64,000 nucleotides of DNA from Bacteroidota bacterium (GCA_021796215.1 JAJYOK010000006.1:201-64200), one strand, 5' to 3'. Counted from the stretch's first letter, positions 31,057 through 40,827 are shown. Notes: generated by a model from the letters alone, not told the origin. Numbers and translations: made by a program.

Positions 31057-31728
31057 ATGGGAAAGAATGCGCTTCCTGTAATCGCGGTTGTTTTTGCTCT
31101 CTCATCGTCGCTGTTCGGAGAAACAAATTCAAGCTCGGAGAATACCGGCGAGAATAGCTCGCTCTCGATTTCGTTCACAGGCGGTGCGTCGTTCAATGCA
31201 CTGACGAACGGCTTCTTCAATAATTGGGGAAACGGATGGACCGCAGGTGCAGGGTTGATTTATGCGCCAACCCGATCGGTAAGTGTAGTTGGAAGCGTTT
31301 CGTATTCCCGTCATCCCTTTCAAGGCGGCAATATTAACCTTATTGCTCCTGCAGTTGTAGGATGGAACGGGAGAGTTATTGGTAGTGATCCGTTGACTAT
31401 TCTTGAAGCATCTGGCGGAATCCGCTTTACACCGCCAAGGTTAAAATATGTTACACCGTTCCTGTCGTTAACCGGCGGCGTGTACCGCTTGAGCGTGGGG
31501 AAAGTCATTGTCGAGTCATGGATGGATTCTCAGCCGCAAACTGTTTCGCGCTCGACGTATAATGGCACTGGCATTGTAACAACGCGAAACTTCGTTTCTC
31601 TCGGATTTGGTTTCGTTGTACCGTTTAAATCTACTTTCAGCATTCAGCTTGAGCAGCAGCTAACACAGACACTTGCTTTCGATATAAGTTTCCTCCGGTC
31701 TATCGCTTCCGTCGAAATGAAGCTATAG
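31057..31728 (+). CDS. hypothetical outer-membrane beta-barrel protein
   Basis: GAGGAG SD 7 nt upstream of ATG 31057. Signal peptide MGKNALPVIAVVFALSSSLFG. Alternating hydrophobic pattern and C-terminal aromatic residue as in OMP barrels. Confidence 0.45.
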   Translation: MGKNALPVIAVVFALSSSLFGETNSSSENTGENSSLSISFTGGASFNALTNGFFNNWGNGWTAGAGLIYAPTRSVSVVGSVSYSRHPFQGGNINLIAPAVVGWNGRVIGSDPLTILEASGGIRFTPPRLKYVTPFLSLTGGVYRLSVGKVIVESWMDSQPQTVSRSTYNGTGIVTTRNFVSLGFGFVVPFKSTFSIQLEQQLTQTLAFDISFLRSIASVEMKL

Positions 31729-31781
31729 CCTTTCTTGCTTCCGGCTCTACTTTTTAATATTTTTCTTTAGTTCAAATCACG

Positions 31782-31809
31782 AAGAGGAGAACACTTCTCC
31801 TCTTTTTTT
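31782..31809 (+). terminator. rho-independent terminator
   Basis: aagaggagaa-cac-ttctcctctt stem-loop followed by TTTTTTT. Confidence 0.6.
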
Positions 31810-31831
31810 ATAACTGCACGAAGGTACATAC

Positions 31832-32668
31832 ATGTCGTTTTTTGAGGCGGTGATTCTCGGGCTTATTCAGGGCCTCACGGAATTTCTCCCCATCAGCAGC
31901 ACGGCGCATCTCACAATCGCCGGAAAATTTTTAGGATTGATCAATCCCACACACCCGGAAGAATGGACGGCGTTCATCGCTGTCATTCAACTCGGCACGG
32001 TTGCCGCGGTTATCGTTTATTTCTTCCGCGATTTGGTTCAGATCGCGAAAGGATTCTTTGCGGACGGACCGAAATATTTTAAGACGAAAATATCGGGGCA
32101 GGCAAAGATGGGGTGGTTCATTATTCTCGGTACGTTGCCGGTCGCACTGTTCGGATTGTCGCTGAAAAAGATTATCGAAGGCAATCTTACAAAAAGCCTT
32201 GCCGTCATCGGCACGAGCATGATCGGGCTGGCATTGATTCTCTGGATTGCCGAGATTGCCGGTTCGCGTAAAAAAAATATGGACAACATTACGTGGCTCG
32301 ACAGTCTTATCATCGGTATTGCTCAATCGTTCGCGCTCATTCCGGGCTCGTCGCGCTCCGGCACAACAATTACCGCCGGACTTTTTCTCGGCATCGCCCG
32401 CGAAGATGCTGCACGGTTTTCTTTTCTCCTCAGCATTCCCGCGGTGATTGCAAGCGGTTTTTTGGAACTGTGGGAAATGCGTAATTTCATGGGACAGGTC
32501 GGTGTGATGAATGTTATTATTGCAACGATCGTTTCATTTATTGTCGGATATGCTTCCATCGCTTTCCTGTTGAAATATCTCCGCACGCACACAACGTATG
32601 TGTTTATCTGGTACCGCATCGTGCTCGGCATGTTTTTGTGGACACTGGTGTTGGCACACGCCGGTTGA
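31832..32668 (+). CDS. uppP: undecaprenyl-diphosphate phosphatase
   Basis: MSFFEAVILGLIQGLTEFLPISSTAHL and SRSGTTITAGLFLG conserved UppP/BacA motifs. Confidence 0.9.
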   Translation: MSFFEAVILGLIQGLTEFLPISSTAHLTIAGKFLGLINPTHPEEWTAFIAVIQLGTVAAVIVYFFRDLVQIAKGFFADGPKYFKTKISGQAKMGWFIILGTLPVALFGLSLKKIIEGNLTKSLAVIGTSMIGLALILWIAEIAGSRKKNMDNITWLDSLIIGIAQSFALIPGSSRSGTTITAGLFLGIAREDAARFSFLLSIPAVIASGFLELWEMRNFMGQVGVMNVIIATIVSFIVGYASIAFLLKYLRTHTTYVFIWYRIVLGMFLWTLVLAHAG

Positions 32669-32708
32669 AAAATCCCTTCGGTGTTGAAAACTTTTCTGGC
32701 ACAATGAT

Positions 32709-33344
32709 ATGGAATTTCTGAAAGATTTCTTTTCGCGGCTTACCGATGTCAAAGAGCTGGTGCGGTGGGCAGGTTATCCGGGCATGGCGGCAATTGTTTT
32801 TTCCGAAACCGGCTTGCTTGTCGGATTCTTTTTGCCCGGCGATTCACTTCTTGTTACCGCGGGATTGTTTGCCGCGGCAGGATACTTCGATATTACACTT
32901 CTCATTCCCATGCTCATCCTTGCGGCAATTATTGGCAATGCGAGCGGTTATTTCATCGGGAGAAAAAGCGGGCAGGCGTTGTATCACCGGAAAGAATCGC
33001 GCTTCTTCAAAAAAAGCCATTTGCTGAAGACGAAAGAATTTTACGAGCGCTACGGTCCCATCACGATTGTTCTTGCACAGTTCATGCCGTTCGCGCGGAC
33101 GTTCGCGCCGGTTGTCGCCGGCATCGCGGAAATGAAATATACGCGCTTTGCATCGTTCAATATTATCGGCGCAGTTGCATGGATCACCAGCATGCTGCTG
33201 ATCGGGTATTTTCTCGGCTCCACAATTCCGGGCATCGACAAACACATCGAGCTTGTCATCGCCGCCGTCGTGTTCATCTCCATTCTTCCCGGCATTATTA
33301 AATATGTGCAAGTAAAACTCGCCGCGCGGTCAGTGAAAGACTGA
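32709..33344 (+). CDS. DedA/VTT-family membrane protein
   Basis: FSETGLLVGFFLPGDSLL and FMPFARTFAPVVAGIAEM are DedA signatures. Confidence 0.8.
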   Translation: MEFLKDFFSRLTDVKELVRWAGYPGMAAIVFSETGLLVGFFLPGDSLLVTAGLFAAAGYFDITLLIPMLILAAIIGNASGYFIGRKSGQALYHRKESRFFKKSHLLKTKEFYERYGPITIVLAQFMPFARTFAPVVAGIAEMKYTRFASFNIIGAVAWITSMLLIGYFLGSTIPGIDKHIELVIAAVVFISILPGIIKYVQVKLAARSVKD

Positions 33345-33371
33345 AACGCTTTTCTCCGCTCTGAGGCACCG

Positions 33372-34592
33372 GTGGCTTTTTCCAATCGTACAATTCGTTT
33401 TCATCTCGAGACGATTTTCGAGAAGGAAATCAAGCGTCTTCCGTGGCACATCCCGTTAGCTGAATGGGAAAATCACGGTGTGCGCACGCTCGATATCAAA
33501 CGCGGCATCTCGCGCCACGTAGTTCTTTTTGTGAAGACGGGACGATTTTCATTCGGCATCAAAGAGATCAGCGAAGAAATTTCGAAAAAGGAAATATCCC
33601 GTTATGAAGAACTGCTTCTGCGCGGCATTCATACGCTTGTGCCGGCCGGTTACGTTGTGCGGGAAGAAGAACCCATTCCCCTTCAGACTCCGATCGGCGT
33701 GCAGTACGAAGCCAACAATATTTCTCATACCATCACTTTGCTTGTAGAAAAAGTCGTTCCCGATTCTGTTCTTTATCGTCGCGGATTTTCACAAGACAAT
33801 CGTAAACGCATTTGGAATGCCGTCGCCGCGCTCCTTGCCGAATTGCACAGCAAAGGCGTGTACTGGGGCGATGCATCGCTTGCCAACACGCTCATCAAAT
33901 TTGAAAAAGTGAACGTTCCATTTGTCGGAAGGAGAACAGAGCTGAAAGCATATCTGGCAGACGCCGAGACGATAGAATTTTTACCGGCGATTTCCGAAAC
34001 GTTGCGCGAGGAAGATTTGAATTTCTTTTTTGAATCCATGGATTGGATTAATGAAGACCTGTCGCGACAAGCCGGGAGCGTTTCCCGTGACGGCCTTTCA
34101 ACAGAAGCAGATAAAGAATACTTGCGCGGACGATATCGCCGGTCCTTTGAGATTGAGCGGAAGAAGCGCGACTTTGAAATCCAAACGTCGTACAACATTG
34201 ACCGTTTCCTGGGAAGTATTTCTGAGCCGTCATACGCCGATCTTCTGCTAAAACACATCGGAGAGCACAAATGGTATTTGAGTGAGCAGGCGCAAAAAGA
34301 AATTTCTCTTTCGGATGCGGCGCATGACTGGTACGAAAATATTTTTGTTCCTCTCTGCACGATGTTTCGTTCCGAAGGCGTGCTGGAATATTTTCCGGGC
34401 AAAACAGCGGCAGAACTGTATGTCGAGATCATGACAAACAAATATTTTCTCAGTGAAAAAAGCGGAAAAGATGCCGGCATGGAAAGAGCAATGCGTGATT
34501 ATATAAAGCGTTTCGGTGCAGTGCCTACGCTTGCCGCTGTGCTGAAAACCGCATCGCGGAAGATGAAAACGATTTTGAGCGGAAAGAAATAG
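33372..34592 (+). CDS. hypothetical protein with kinase-like fold (Kdo/RIO-like catalytic loop) and conserved C-terminal domain (DUF4032-like)
   Basis: GVYWGDASLANTLIKF resembles the HGDLxxxN catalytic loop with H replaced by W. No recognisable P-loop. Confidence 0.4.
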   Translation: MAFSNRTIRFHLETIFEKEIKRLPWHIPLAEWENHGVRTLDIKRGISRHVVLFVKTGRFSFGIKEISEEISKKEISRYEELLLRGIHTLVPAGYVVREEEPIPLQTPIGVQYEANNISHTITLLVEKVVPDSVLYRRGFSQDNRKRIWNAVAALLAELHSKGVYWGDASLANTLIKFEKVNVPFVGRRTELKAYLADAETIEFLPAISETLREEDLNFFFESMDWINEDLSRQAGSVSRDGLSTEADKEYLRGRYRRSFEIERKKRDFEIQTSYNIDRFLGSISEPSYADLLLKHIGEHKWYLSEQAQKEISLSDAAHDWYENIFVPLCTMFRSEGVLEYFPGKTAAELYVEIMTNKYFLSEKSGKDAGMERAMRDYIKRFGAVPTLAAVLKTASRKMKTILSGKK

Positions 34593-34846
34593 CGTTTTCG
34601 GTAGCGACTTATCTTGAATTCTTCTGAGATGCTTTTATTAGATTTCCGGCAGAAGCATTCGGGAATGACGGACTTCAATTTACGTCATGCCGCGTATAAC
34701 GCGGCATCCAAAATGAGTCTCTGCCGCGTTTTCTTCTTTCTTTTCATTCCTGTATATTATTGCACCTTGCCATTTCGCCTTAAAACAAAGCATGGCGTAA
34801 TTTCAACCGGCAGCTATGAATTGTGAATAAAACGAACGGAGTCCTC

Positions 34847-35113
34847 ATGACAACAGTTGCACCGTCAAAAGTTAAAGAGTTTTCAGCAACATCGCTCGAA
34901 AAAATTGCATACAAAAGCGTTGAAACAATTCCGACGCGCGAGCCAAACGACCAGCACCGGCTCGGCTACTGCATCTGGAAATTTCTTTCTGAGCGGCAGG
35001 GAACATTTGAAGAAGCGATTCACACCGCCGGCGCACGGATTCTCATTCCTGAATCCGATGTTGTGCGCATCGTGAAAGAATCGCTGAAACAGTCCGGTAT
35101 CGCTTTGGACTGA
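34847..35113 (+). CDS. small hypothetical protein
   Basis: GGAG SD before ATG 34847. 88 aa with no recognisable motif. Confidence 0.35.
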   Translation: MTTVAPSKVKEFSATSLEKIAYKSVETIPTREPNDQHRLGYCIWKFLSERQGTFEEAIHTAGARILIPESDVVRIVKESLKQSGIALD

Positions 35114-35137
35114 TATCATTCCAAAGGGATTTGCAGC

Positions 35138-35722
35138 ATGAAACTTTTCCACAATTTTTTGATGGCGTTCATTCCGCTGTTCGTCGCTATTGACGTGCTC
35201 GGCGTGATTCCGATGTTCATTTCTCTTACACAGGGAATGACCCCGAAATCGCGCAAACGCCTCATCGTCGAAGCAACGATGACCGCCGGTGCGGTGGCGC
35301 TGGTTTTTCTCGTTGCCGGAAAATTACTTTTTTCATTTCTTGGGATTACGGAAAATGATTTCCGCATCGGCGGAGGAATTGTGCTGCTCGTCCTTTCCGT
35401 GAACGATTTGCTCTTCGCCAGCGACACACGGCGCGATCCGGGAACATCGGTCGGTGTTGTGCCAATCGGCATTCCGCTCATTATGGGTCCGGCGGCACTT
35501 ACTGCAATTATCATCGTGGTGGACAGCTACGGCTATTGGATGTCCATTATTTCTCTCTTCATTAACTTGCTTATCGTCTGGCTCGTCTTCCGCAACTCGG
35601 ATTTTTTGATGCGCCTTGTCGGTGTCGGCGGCTCGCGTGCGTTCGGAAAAGTTGCGTCGCTCTTCATGGCGGCGATTGCCGTGATGATGATTCGCGTCGG
35701 CGTGCAGAACGTGCTGAAATGA
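35138..35722 (+). CDS. MarC-family (UPF0056) integral membrane protein
   Basis: MKLFHNFLMAFIPLFVAIDVLGVIPMFISL is a typical MarC N-terminus with 6 TM helices. Confidence 0.8.
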   Translation: MKLFHNFLMAFIPLFVAIDVLGVIPMFISLTQGMTPKSRKRLIVEATMTAGAVALVFLVAGKLLFSFLGITENDFRIGGGIVLLVLSVNDLLFASDTRRDPGTSVGVVPIGIPLIMGPAALTAIIIVVDSYGYWMSIISLFINLLIVWLVFRNSDFLMRLVGVGGSRAFGKVASLFMAAIAVMMIRVGVQNVLK

Positions 35723-35793
35723 GGTGGTCAGTTAACGGTAATCCGTGATCAGAAAAATCCTGAAGTTCTTCATTATTAATTCTTAATTGAAAA

Positions 35794-36456
35794 TTGTCTT
35801 CGCTCATCTACAAATTTCTTCCGCCCCGGGTTGTTTCCGCTGAAAAATCTCCTGTGCTCATTCTTCTTCACGGACGCGGCGCGGATGAGAACGACCTGCT
35901 TGGTCTGGCTCCGGAACTCGACGAGCGATTGATGCTCTTCAGTGTGCGCGCTCCGTTTCAATTTCCGTTCGGCGGCTTTACATGGTTCGATCTTGACGAA
36001 CAGGGAAACGCCGACCCTAAAATGTTCATGGAAAGTTATAACCACCTCTTCACGTTTGTTGACGAGATCGCAGCACAGCATGCATCCGATCCGAAATTGG
36101 AAATGGCGCCAAAGGCGACGAAAATTTTTCTCATGGGATTCAGCATGGGAACGATCATGGCGTATGCAATGGCGTTGACACAGCCGGAACGTTTCGCGGG
36201 CGTTGTAGCACAAAGCGGATTCATGAGAGAAATTCTTGGTTTAGAATTGAAATGGAACGCGTTGCAGCATTGCCCGTTCATTATCACGCACGGAACACAG
36301 GACACGGTGATTCCTGTGAATTGGGCACGGAAAACGCGCGACATGTTTGCCGCAAAAGGCAACGCTGATGTTGTGTACAAAGAATATCCGATGGGGCATC
36401 AAATCAGCGATGCGAGTCTGGCGGACGTATCGCAGTGGTTAGCGGAGAGGATTTGA
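35794..36456 (+). CDS. phospholipase/carboxylesterase-family alpha/beta hydrolase
   Basis: LILLHGRGADENDL, nucleophile elbow GFSMGT, catalytic D/H near the C-terminus (HGTQDTVIP ... MGHQIS). Confidence 0.75.
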   Translation: MSSLIYKFLPPRVVSAEKSPVLILLHGRGADENDLLGLAPELDERLMLFSVRAPFQFPFGGFTWFDLDEQGNADPKMFMESYNHLFTFVDEIAAQHASDPKLEMAPKATKIFLMGFSMGTIMAYAMALTQPERFAGVVAQSGFMREILGLELKWNALQHCPFIITHGTQDTVIPVNWARKTRDMFAAKGNADVVYKEYPMGHQISDASLADVSQWLAERI

Positions 36457-36469
36457 AGCGCTTTTTCAC

Positions 36470-37084
36470 TTACCTCACCCGAAAAACTTTTTCCCTCACA
36501 TCTGTCTTTCCGTTTTCTTCCTGCGAAATAATCTCGTAGTGCAGCAAGCGCTTCTTCCCGCCGCAGTGAGTCTGCGACCAAAAAATCTTCCCGAATTTTT
36601 TCTTGTCATTTGGTTGTATGCTGTCTTTCACCACTGTCACGAGCGGCGGCGAAACAGAAAAATCAACGACGCGGATTTTCTGTGCTTCGTTCAAATAATA
36701 TTCATGTACGGCAACACATTTGCTGTCGCGAGACCAATAAACGCGAGACGGCTCGCTTCCATAGACTTTCCACTGTTTCGTTTTTACCTGAACGATAATG
36801 TAGGAATGTGCATCCACGGCGTGGCGGACAACGACAAGAATTTTCGATGAATCGGGCGAGAAGGAAAAAAGCGGAACGAGAGTGCCATATTCAGGATTGA
36901 ACAGTGCACTGTCATTACCGGGCGGAGCTTCGCGCAAACGGAAGACTGCAAGAGAATCATCATCAATGAAAAAATATTTATCCCGCACTTTTGCGTACGA
37001 GGTGTCGCTTGTTAATTGCTGGGCAGAGCAGTTTCCCAGAAAAATAACGGCAACAGCGAGCAATGCAATTTTAATGTGCGTCAT
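36470..37084 (-). CDS. hypothetical secreted protein
   Basis: Signal peptide MTHIKIALLAVAVIFLGNCSAQ at internal start 37084. ATGA overlap with the upstream VKOR-like gene. Contains several Cys. Confidence 0.45.
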   Translation of the reverse strand: MTHIKIALLAVAVIFLGNCSAQQLTSDTSYAKVRDKYFFIDDDSLAVFRLREAPPGNDSALFNPEYGTLVPLFSFSPDSSKILVVVRHAVDAHSYIIVQVKTKQWKVYGSEPSRVYWSRDSKCVAVHEYYLNEAQKIRVVDFSVSPPLVTVVKDSIQPNDKKKFGKIFWSQTHCGGKKRLLHYEIISQEENGKTDVREKVFRVR

Positions 37085-37494
37085 GGAATAATTTGTAACG
37101 CCCTGACGATGAACAGATTTGCGATAACGAGATTGATAAGGTGCGCCGTATAGCACAGCGCGCAATGAAGCTTCAGCCGCATAAGAAGCAAATGCGTGAG
37201 ATACATGCCGAGCCCGACAGCAAAGATTGACGTGACAAGAAAAAAAGTTTCAAACTGCGGCGTCGGCAAAATCAAAATCAAAGCATAATAGAGCAATCCG
37301 ACAACGCTGTTCGGGAAGCCGAGCACTTTCGCCTCACGCGTTTCAAGAATTTTTCTGCAGGTGGTCTCCTTCATTCGGCAAAACGACGGAATGCGGCGGT
37401 CGTCGGGCGGAAGAATGCGGTAATAGACAAGTGTGAAGTACGCAGAAATAAACATTCCGGCAAGCGCACAGGAAGTGATGAGGGTTTGAATCAT
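37081..37494 (-). CDS. vitamin K epoxide reductase (VKOR)-family membrane oxidoreductase
   Basis: Loop Cys pair FCRMKETTC and CALC (CXXC) in the last TM helix. 4-5 TM helices and about 137 aa from internal start MIQTL. Confidence 0.6.
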   Translation of the reverse strand: MIQTLITSCALAGMFISAYFTLVYYRILPPDDRRIPSFCRMKETTCRKILETREAKVLGFPNSVVGLLYYALILILPTPQFETFFLVTSIFAVGLGMYLTHLLLMRLKLHCALCYTAHLINLVIANLFIVRALQIIP

Positions 37495-37730
37495 GTATAA
37501 AAATATGGAGCGTGGGGGAGAGAAGCAACCGCTGCCTGATTTTTTGAGAACCTTTTTTGCCAAGTTTTGGTTGGAAGATGTAGCTTTCAACTGAATTTAG
37601 TTTTACATTTCAGATAGAACAGTTCGCATAAAGACGCCAAGCAGAAAAATCAGTTCGAAATGAATTCTTTGCGTCTTCGCGAAAGACAATTTTCTGATGT
37701 CTTTACATTAACCCTCTTAAAGGATGCTGT

Positions 37731-39428
37731 ATGAAGAAACGCTTTCTCCTGTCGAAGACCACGTTGTGGCTGACCCTTATCGCAGGAATCCTCGCCGGTT
37801 TCACCGCCGGTTTTGAAGTCACCGATAATATTTATTTCAAGCTCAACAAAAGCATTGACATTTTCGGGCGCGTGTATAAAGAGATCGTCGCGAATTATGT
37901 GGATGAAGTTGACCCGGAAAAATTTATGCACGCCGGCATTGACGGCATGCTGGGCATGCTCGATCCGTACACGGTGTTCATGGATCAAAATGAAAACGAC
38001 GAAATTGACCTTATCACCAGCGGACAATACGGCGGTGTGGGGATTTCCATCGGCATGCGCGACGGGTTTGTCACTGTCATTTCACCGATGGAAGGTTATT
38101 CCGCGCAAAAGCAGGGTGTCCGCGCAGGCGATCGTATCATCGAAATCGACAGCGTGAAAGTTACCGGAATGGACCTCGATTCGATTCGCGCAATGGTTCG
38201 CGGCACGCCCGGAACCGAAGTGAAAATGAAGATTCAGCGTGATGGCGAAGCTCGGCCGCTCGATTTCGTTTTGATGCGCGAAGAAATTCAGGTGAACGAT
38301 GTTTCGTACACCGGACTTCTTCATGACGATATCGGGTACATCCGGCTCGACCGTTTTTCACGAAATGCCGGTGATGAAGTGCGCCGTGCCATTGCCGACC
38401 TTCGCGCAAAAATTAAGAACGACTCCACGGGCGGCACTGAACTGCGCGGACTTATTCTCGACCTGAGAAATAATCCGGGCGGCTTACTCGAGTCGGCGGT
38501 TGATATTGTGAGCAATTTTCTTCCGAAAGGAAGCACGGTTGTAACTACGCGCGGACGTAAAGGAGAAGATGAGCATGTATACACCGTCACCGACGACCCG
38601 GCGCTTCCCGACATTCCGCTTGTCATTGTGGTGAACCGCAACAGCGCAAGCGCAAGTGAAATCGTGACGGGAGCGATTCAGGATTACGACCGCGGTGTTA
38701 TCGTCGGCACGCGGACATTCGGCAAGGGACTGGTGCAGACTATCACGCAGCTCGGCTACAACACGACATTGAAAATCACGACCGCCCGTTATTACACTCC
38801 GAGCGGGCGCTGCATTCAGGAAATTGATTATGCGCACAGGAACAAGGACGGAATTTTTCTCACCACACCGGACAGTTTGAAACATAAATTCAAAACAAAA
38901 CATGGAAGAATCGTTCTTGAAGCCGGGGGCATCGCTCCCGATACCGTTGTGAACGATGAAGAGCCGAGCGCACTGTACAAAGAGCTTCTTCGGAAGGCGA
39001 TGTTCTTTGAATTTGCAACGACATACGTTGCCAAACATCCGGCGGACAGCACAGATTTTACCGTGAGCGATTCTTTGCTCAGCGAGTTCGATCACTATTT
39101 GAAAAAGAAAAAGTTCGACTACAAGGACGATGCAGAGCGCAAACTTGGCGAAGTAGAAGATCTTCTCAAAAAAGAAAAATACAGCTCACGGCTTCTTGCC
39201 GATATGGATGACATTAACAGGCAGATAGAAACGGAAAAAGCGGACGCGTTTCAGCGGCACAAAGAGGAAGTCCGCGAAGGATTGGAAGAAGAAATCATTA
39301 GCCGTTATCAAGGTGAGCGCGGACGCATCCGCGCGTCGCTGGTACAGGACGAGCAGGTGAAAGTTGCAGAACACGTTCTTGAATCGAAGCGGCTCTATTC
39401 TTCAACGTTGAAAGTGGTGCAGCCTTAA
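37731..39428 (+). CDS. ctp: C-terminal processing peptidase, S41 family (Ctp/Tsp) with PDZ domain
   Basis: PDZ segment (GGVGISIG...GDRIIEIDSV), S41 catalytic region LILDLRNNPGGLL ... NRNSASASEIV ... TFGKGLVQ. Confidence 0.85.
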   Translation: MKKRFLLSKTTLWLTLIAGILAGFTAGFEVTDNIYFKLNKSIDIFGRVYKEIVANYVDEVDPEKFMHAGIDGMLGMLDPYTVFMDQNENDEIDLITSGQYGGVGISIGMRDGFVTVISPMEGYSAQKQGVRAGDRIIEIDSVKVTGMDLDSIRAMVRGTPGTEVKMKIQRDGEARPLDFVLMREEIQVNDVSYTGLLHDDIGYIRLDRFSRNAGDEVRRAIADLRAKIKNDSTGGTELRGLILDLRNNPGGLLESAVDIVSNFLPKGSTVVTTRGRKGEDEHVYTVTDDPALPDIPLVIVVNRNSASASEIVTGAIQDYDRGVIVGTRTFGKGLVQTITQLGYNTTLKITTARYYTPSGRCIQEIDYAHRNKDGIFLTTPDSLKHKFKTKHGRIVLEAGGIAPDTVVNDEEPSALYKELLRKAMFFEFATTYVAKHPADSTDFTVSDSLLSEFDHYLKKKKFDYKDDAERKLGEVEDLLKKEKYSSRLLADMDDINRQIETEKADAFQRHKEEVREGLEEEIISRYQGERGRIRASLVQDEQVKVAEHVLESKRLYSSTLKVVQP

Positions 39429-39433
39429 AAAGA

Positions 39434-40063
39434 CTACTTCTTCAGATTTTTCTCTACTTGCTCTTCGATGAGGGCGAAGTCTTTTTCATTGTGGACGAAG
39501 TCAAGGTTATCGCTCTCGATCACCAGCAAAGAGCCAAGTGTGTAATGGGAGATCCACGATTCGTAGTGGCTATTCAATTGCTCTAAATATTCCCGCGAAA
39601 TGCTCTGTTCATACGAGCGGCCGCGGCGGGCAATTTGCGCTTTCAAGGTGTCAACACTGGCACGTAGGTAGATCATCAGGTCGGGCGGCTGCAAGTATTC
39701 CATCATCACATGATAGAGTGCAATGTAATTATTGTAATCGCGGTCGTCCATATTGCCAATCTCGTGAAGATTGCGGGCGAAAATTTCCGCGTCTTCATAG
39801 ATGGAGCGGTCCTGAATCACCGACTCCGGCGATTCGACAATTTGTTTATGGCTTGTGAAACGGTGAGAGAGAAAATAAATTTGCAGGTGGAACGACCACC
39901 GCTTCATGTCGGCATAAAAATCGGCAAGATATGGGTTATCTTCGACTGATTCGAAATACGGTTTCCAGCTGAACTTTTTGCTCAGCATTGTCGTGAGCGA
40001 CGATTTGCCTGAGCCGATGTTTCCGGCAATGGCGATGAATGATTTTCGTGCGGGATGAGCCAT
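39434..40063 (-). CDS. deoxynucleoside kinase
   Basis: P-loop IAIAGNIGSGKSSL, FESVEDNPYL ... DRSIYED and LID region RRGRSYEQ. Confidence 0.85.
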   Translation of the reverse strand: MAHPARKSFIAIAGNIGSGKSSLTTMLSKKFSWKPYFESVEDNPYLADFYADMKRWSFHLQIYFLSHRFTSHKQIVESPESVIQDRSIYEDAEIFARNLHEIGNMDDRDYNNYIALYHVMMEYLQPPDLMIYLRASVDTLKAQIARRGRSYEQSISREYLEQLNSHYESWISHYTLGSLLVIESDNLDFVHNEKDFALIEEQVEKNLKK

Positions 40064-40264
40064 ATGAAGCTCCTGAGTTCAAGGGTTAGAAAATTCTCCA
40101 AAGAATCCCGGATCGTCGGGACTCGGGAAATAATATACGACTTGTCTTCCATTGGAGCAAAAGGAAAGTTTATATTTTCTTCTACAACGGGAATTTTTGG
40201 GATGCCTCGGCGTTACATCTTCCAAACCAATGAATTAATCATCTTCAATCCGGGAGGATAACCA

Positions 40265-40762
40265 ATGACGATCACCGATATTCAGACATTGTTTGAGTAC
40301 AATTTTTGGGCAAAAGAGCGTTTGCTTCAGTCACTTGATGCGATGAAAGAAGAAAACCTGTACAAGGATATGAAAAGCAGCTTTCCAAGCATTTTTGCCA
40401 CACTGCTCCACATTGTCAGTGCAGAAAATATCTGGCGGCAGCGCTTTTCCGGTGCTGAGTCGGCGAAGCCGCTGACGAAAGACGATACGCCGGCGTACAC
40501 CGCACTTAAAGCGAAATGGAATCAAACCGAAGAAGCGTTAACTGCGTTTGTAACAAGACTGTCAGAAAAACAACTGCTTGATGTTCTGACGTTTAAAAAC
40601 ATGAAGGGAGAGGCGGTCTCACAATTTTTGTGGCAGGCGCTTCAGCATCTCGTCAATCATGAAAGTTATCACCGCGGGCAGATTACGACGATGATCCGCC
40701 AGCTTGGCGGGACGCCCGTAAACACAGATTTGATTGGATTCTATCGTTTGAAGAATAAATAA
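40265..40762 (+). CDS. DinB/YfiT-family (DinB_2) four-helix metal-dependent protein
   Basis: HxxxxE...H pattern (LLHIVSAEN..., LQHLVNHESYHRGQITTM) is typical of the DinB_2 family. GGAGG SD. Confidence 0.7.
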   Translation: MTITDIQTLFEYNFWAKERLLQSLDAMKEENLYKDMKSSFPSIFATLLHIVSAENIWRQRFSGAESAKPLTKDDTPAYTALKAKWNQTEEALTAFVTRLSEKQLLDVLTFKNMKGEAVSQFLWQALQHLVNHESYHRGQITTMIRQLGGTPVNTDLIGFYRLKNK

Positions 40763-40827
40763 TTTTTGCCTTTTGGCCTGCTTTGCGGTTTACTATGAAG
40801 CTTCCAAGAGCGCGAAAGTTTGAAAAG

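Noticed and set aside
34614-34826. 70-aa ORF in the 33372-gene/34847-gene intergenic region
   Set aside because: No SD, odd composition, and it spans a palindromic hairpin (34687-34707). More likely noncoding.
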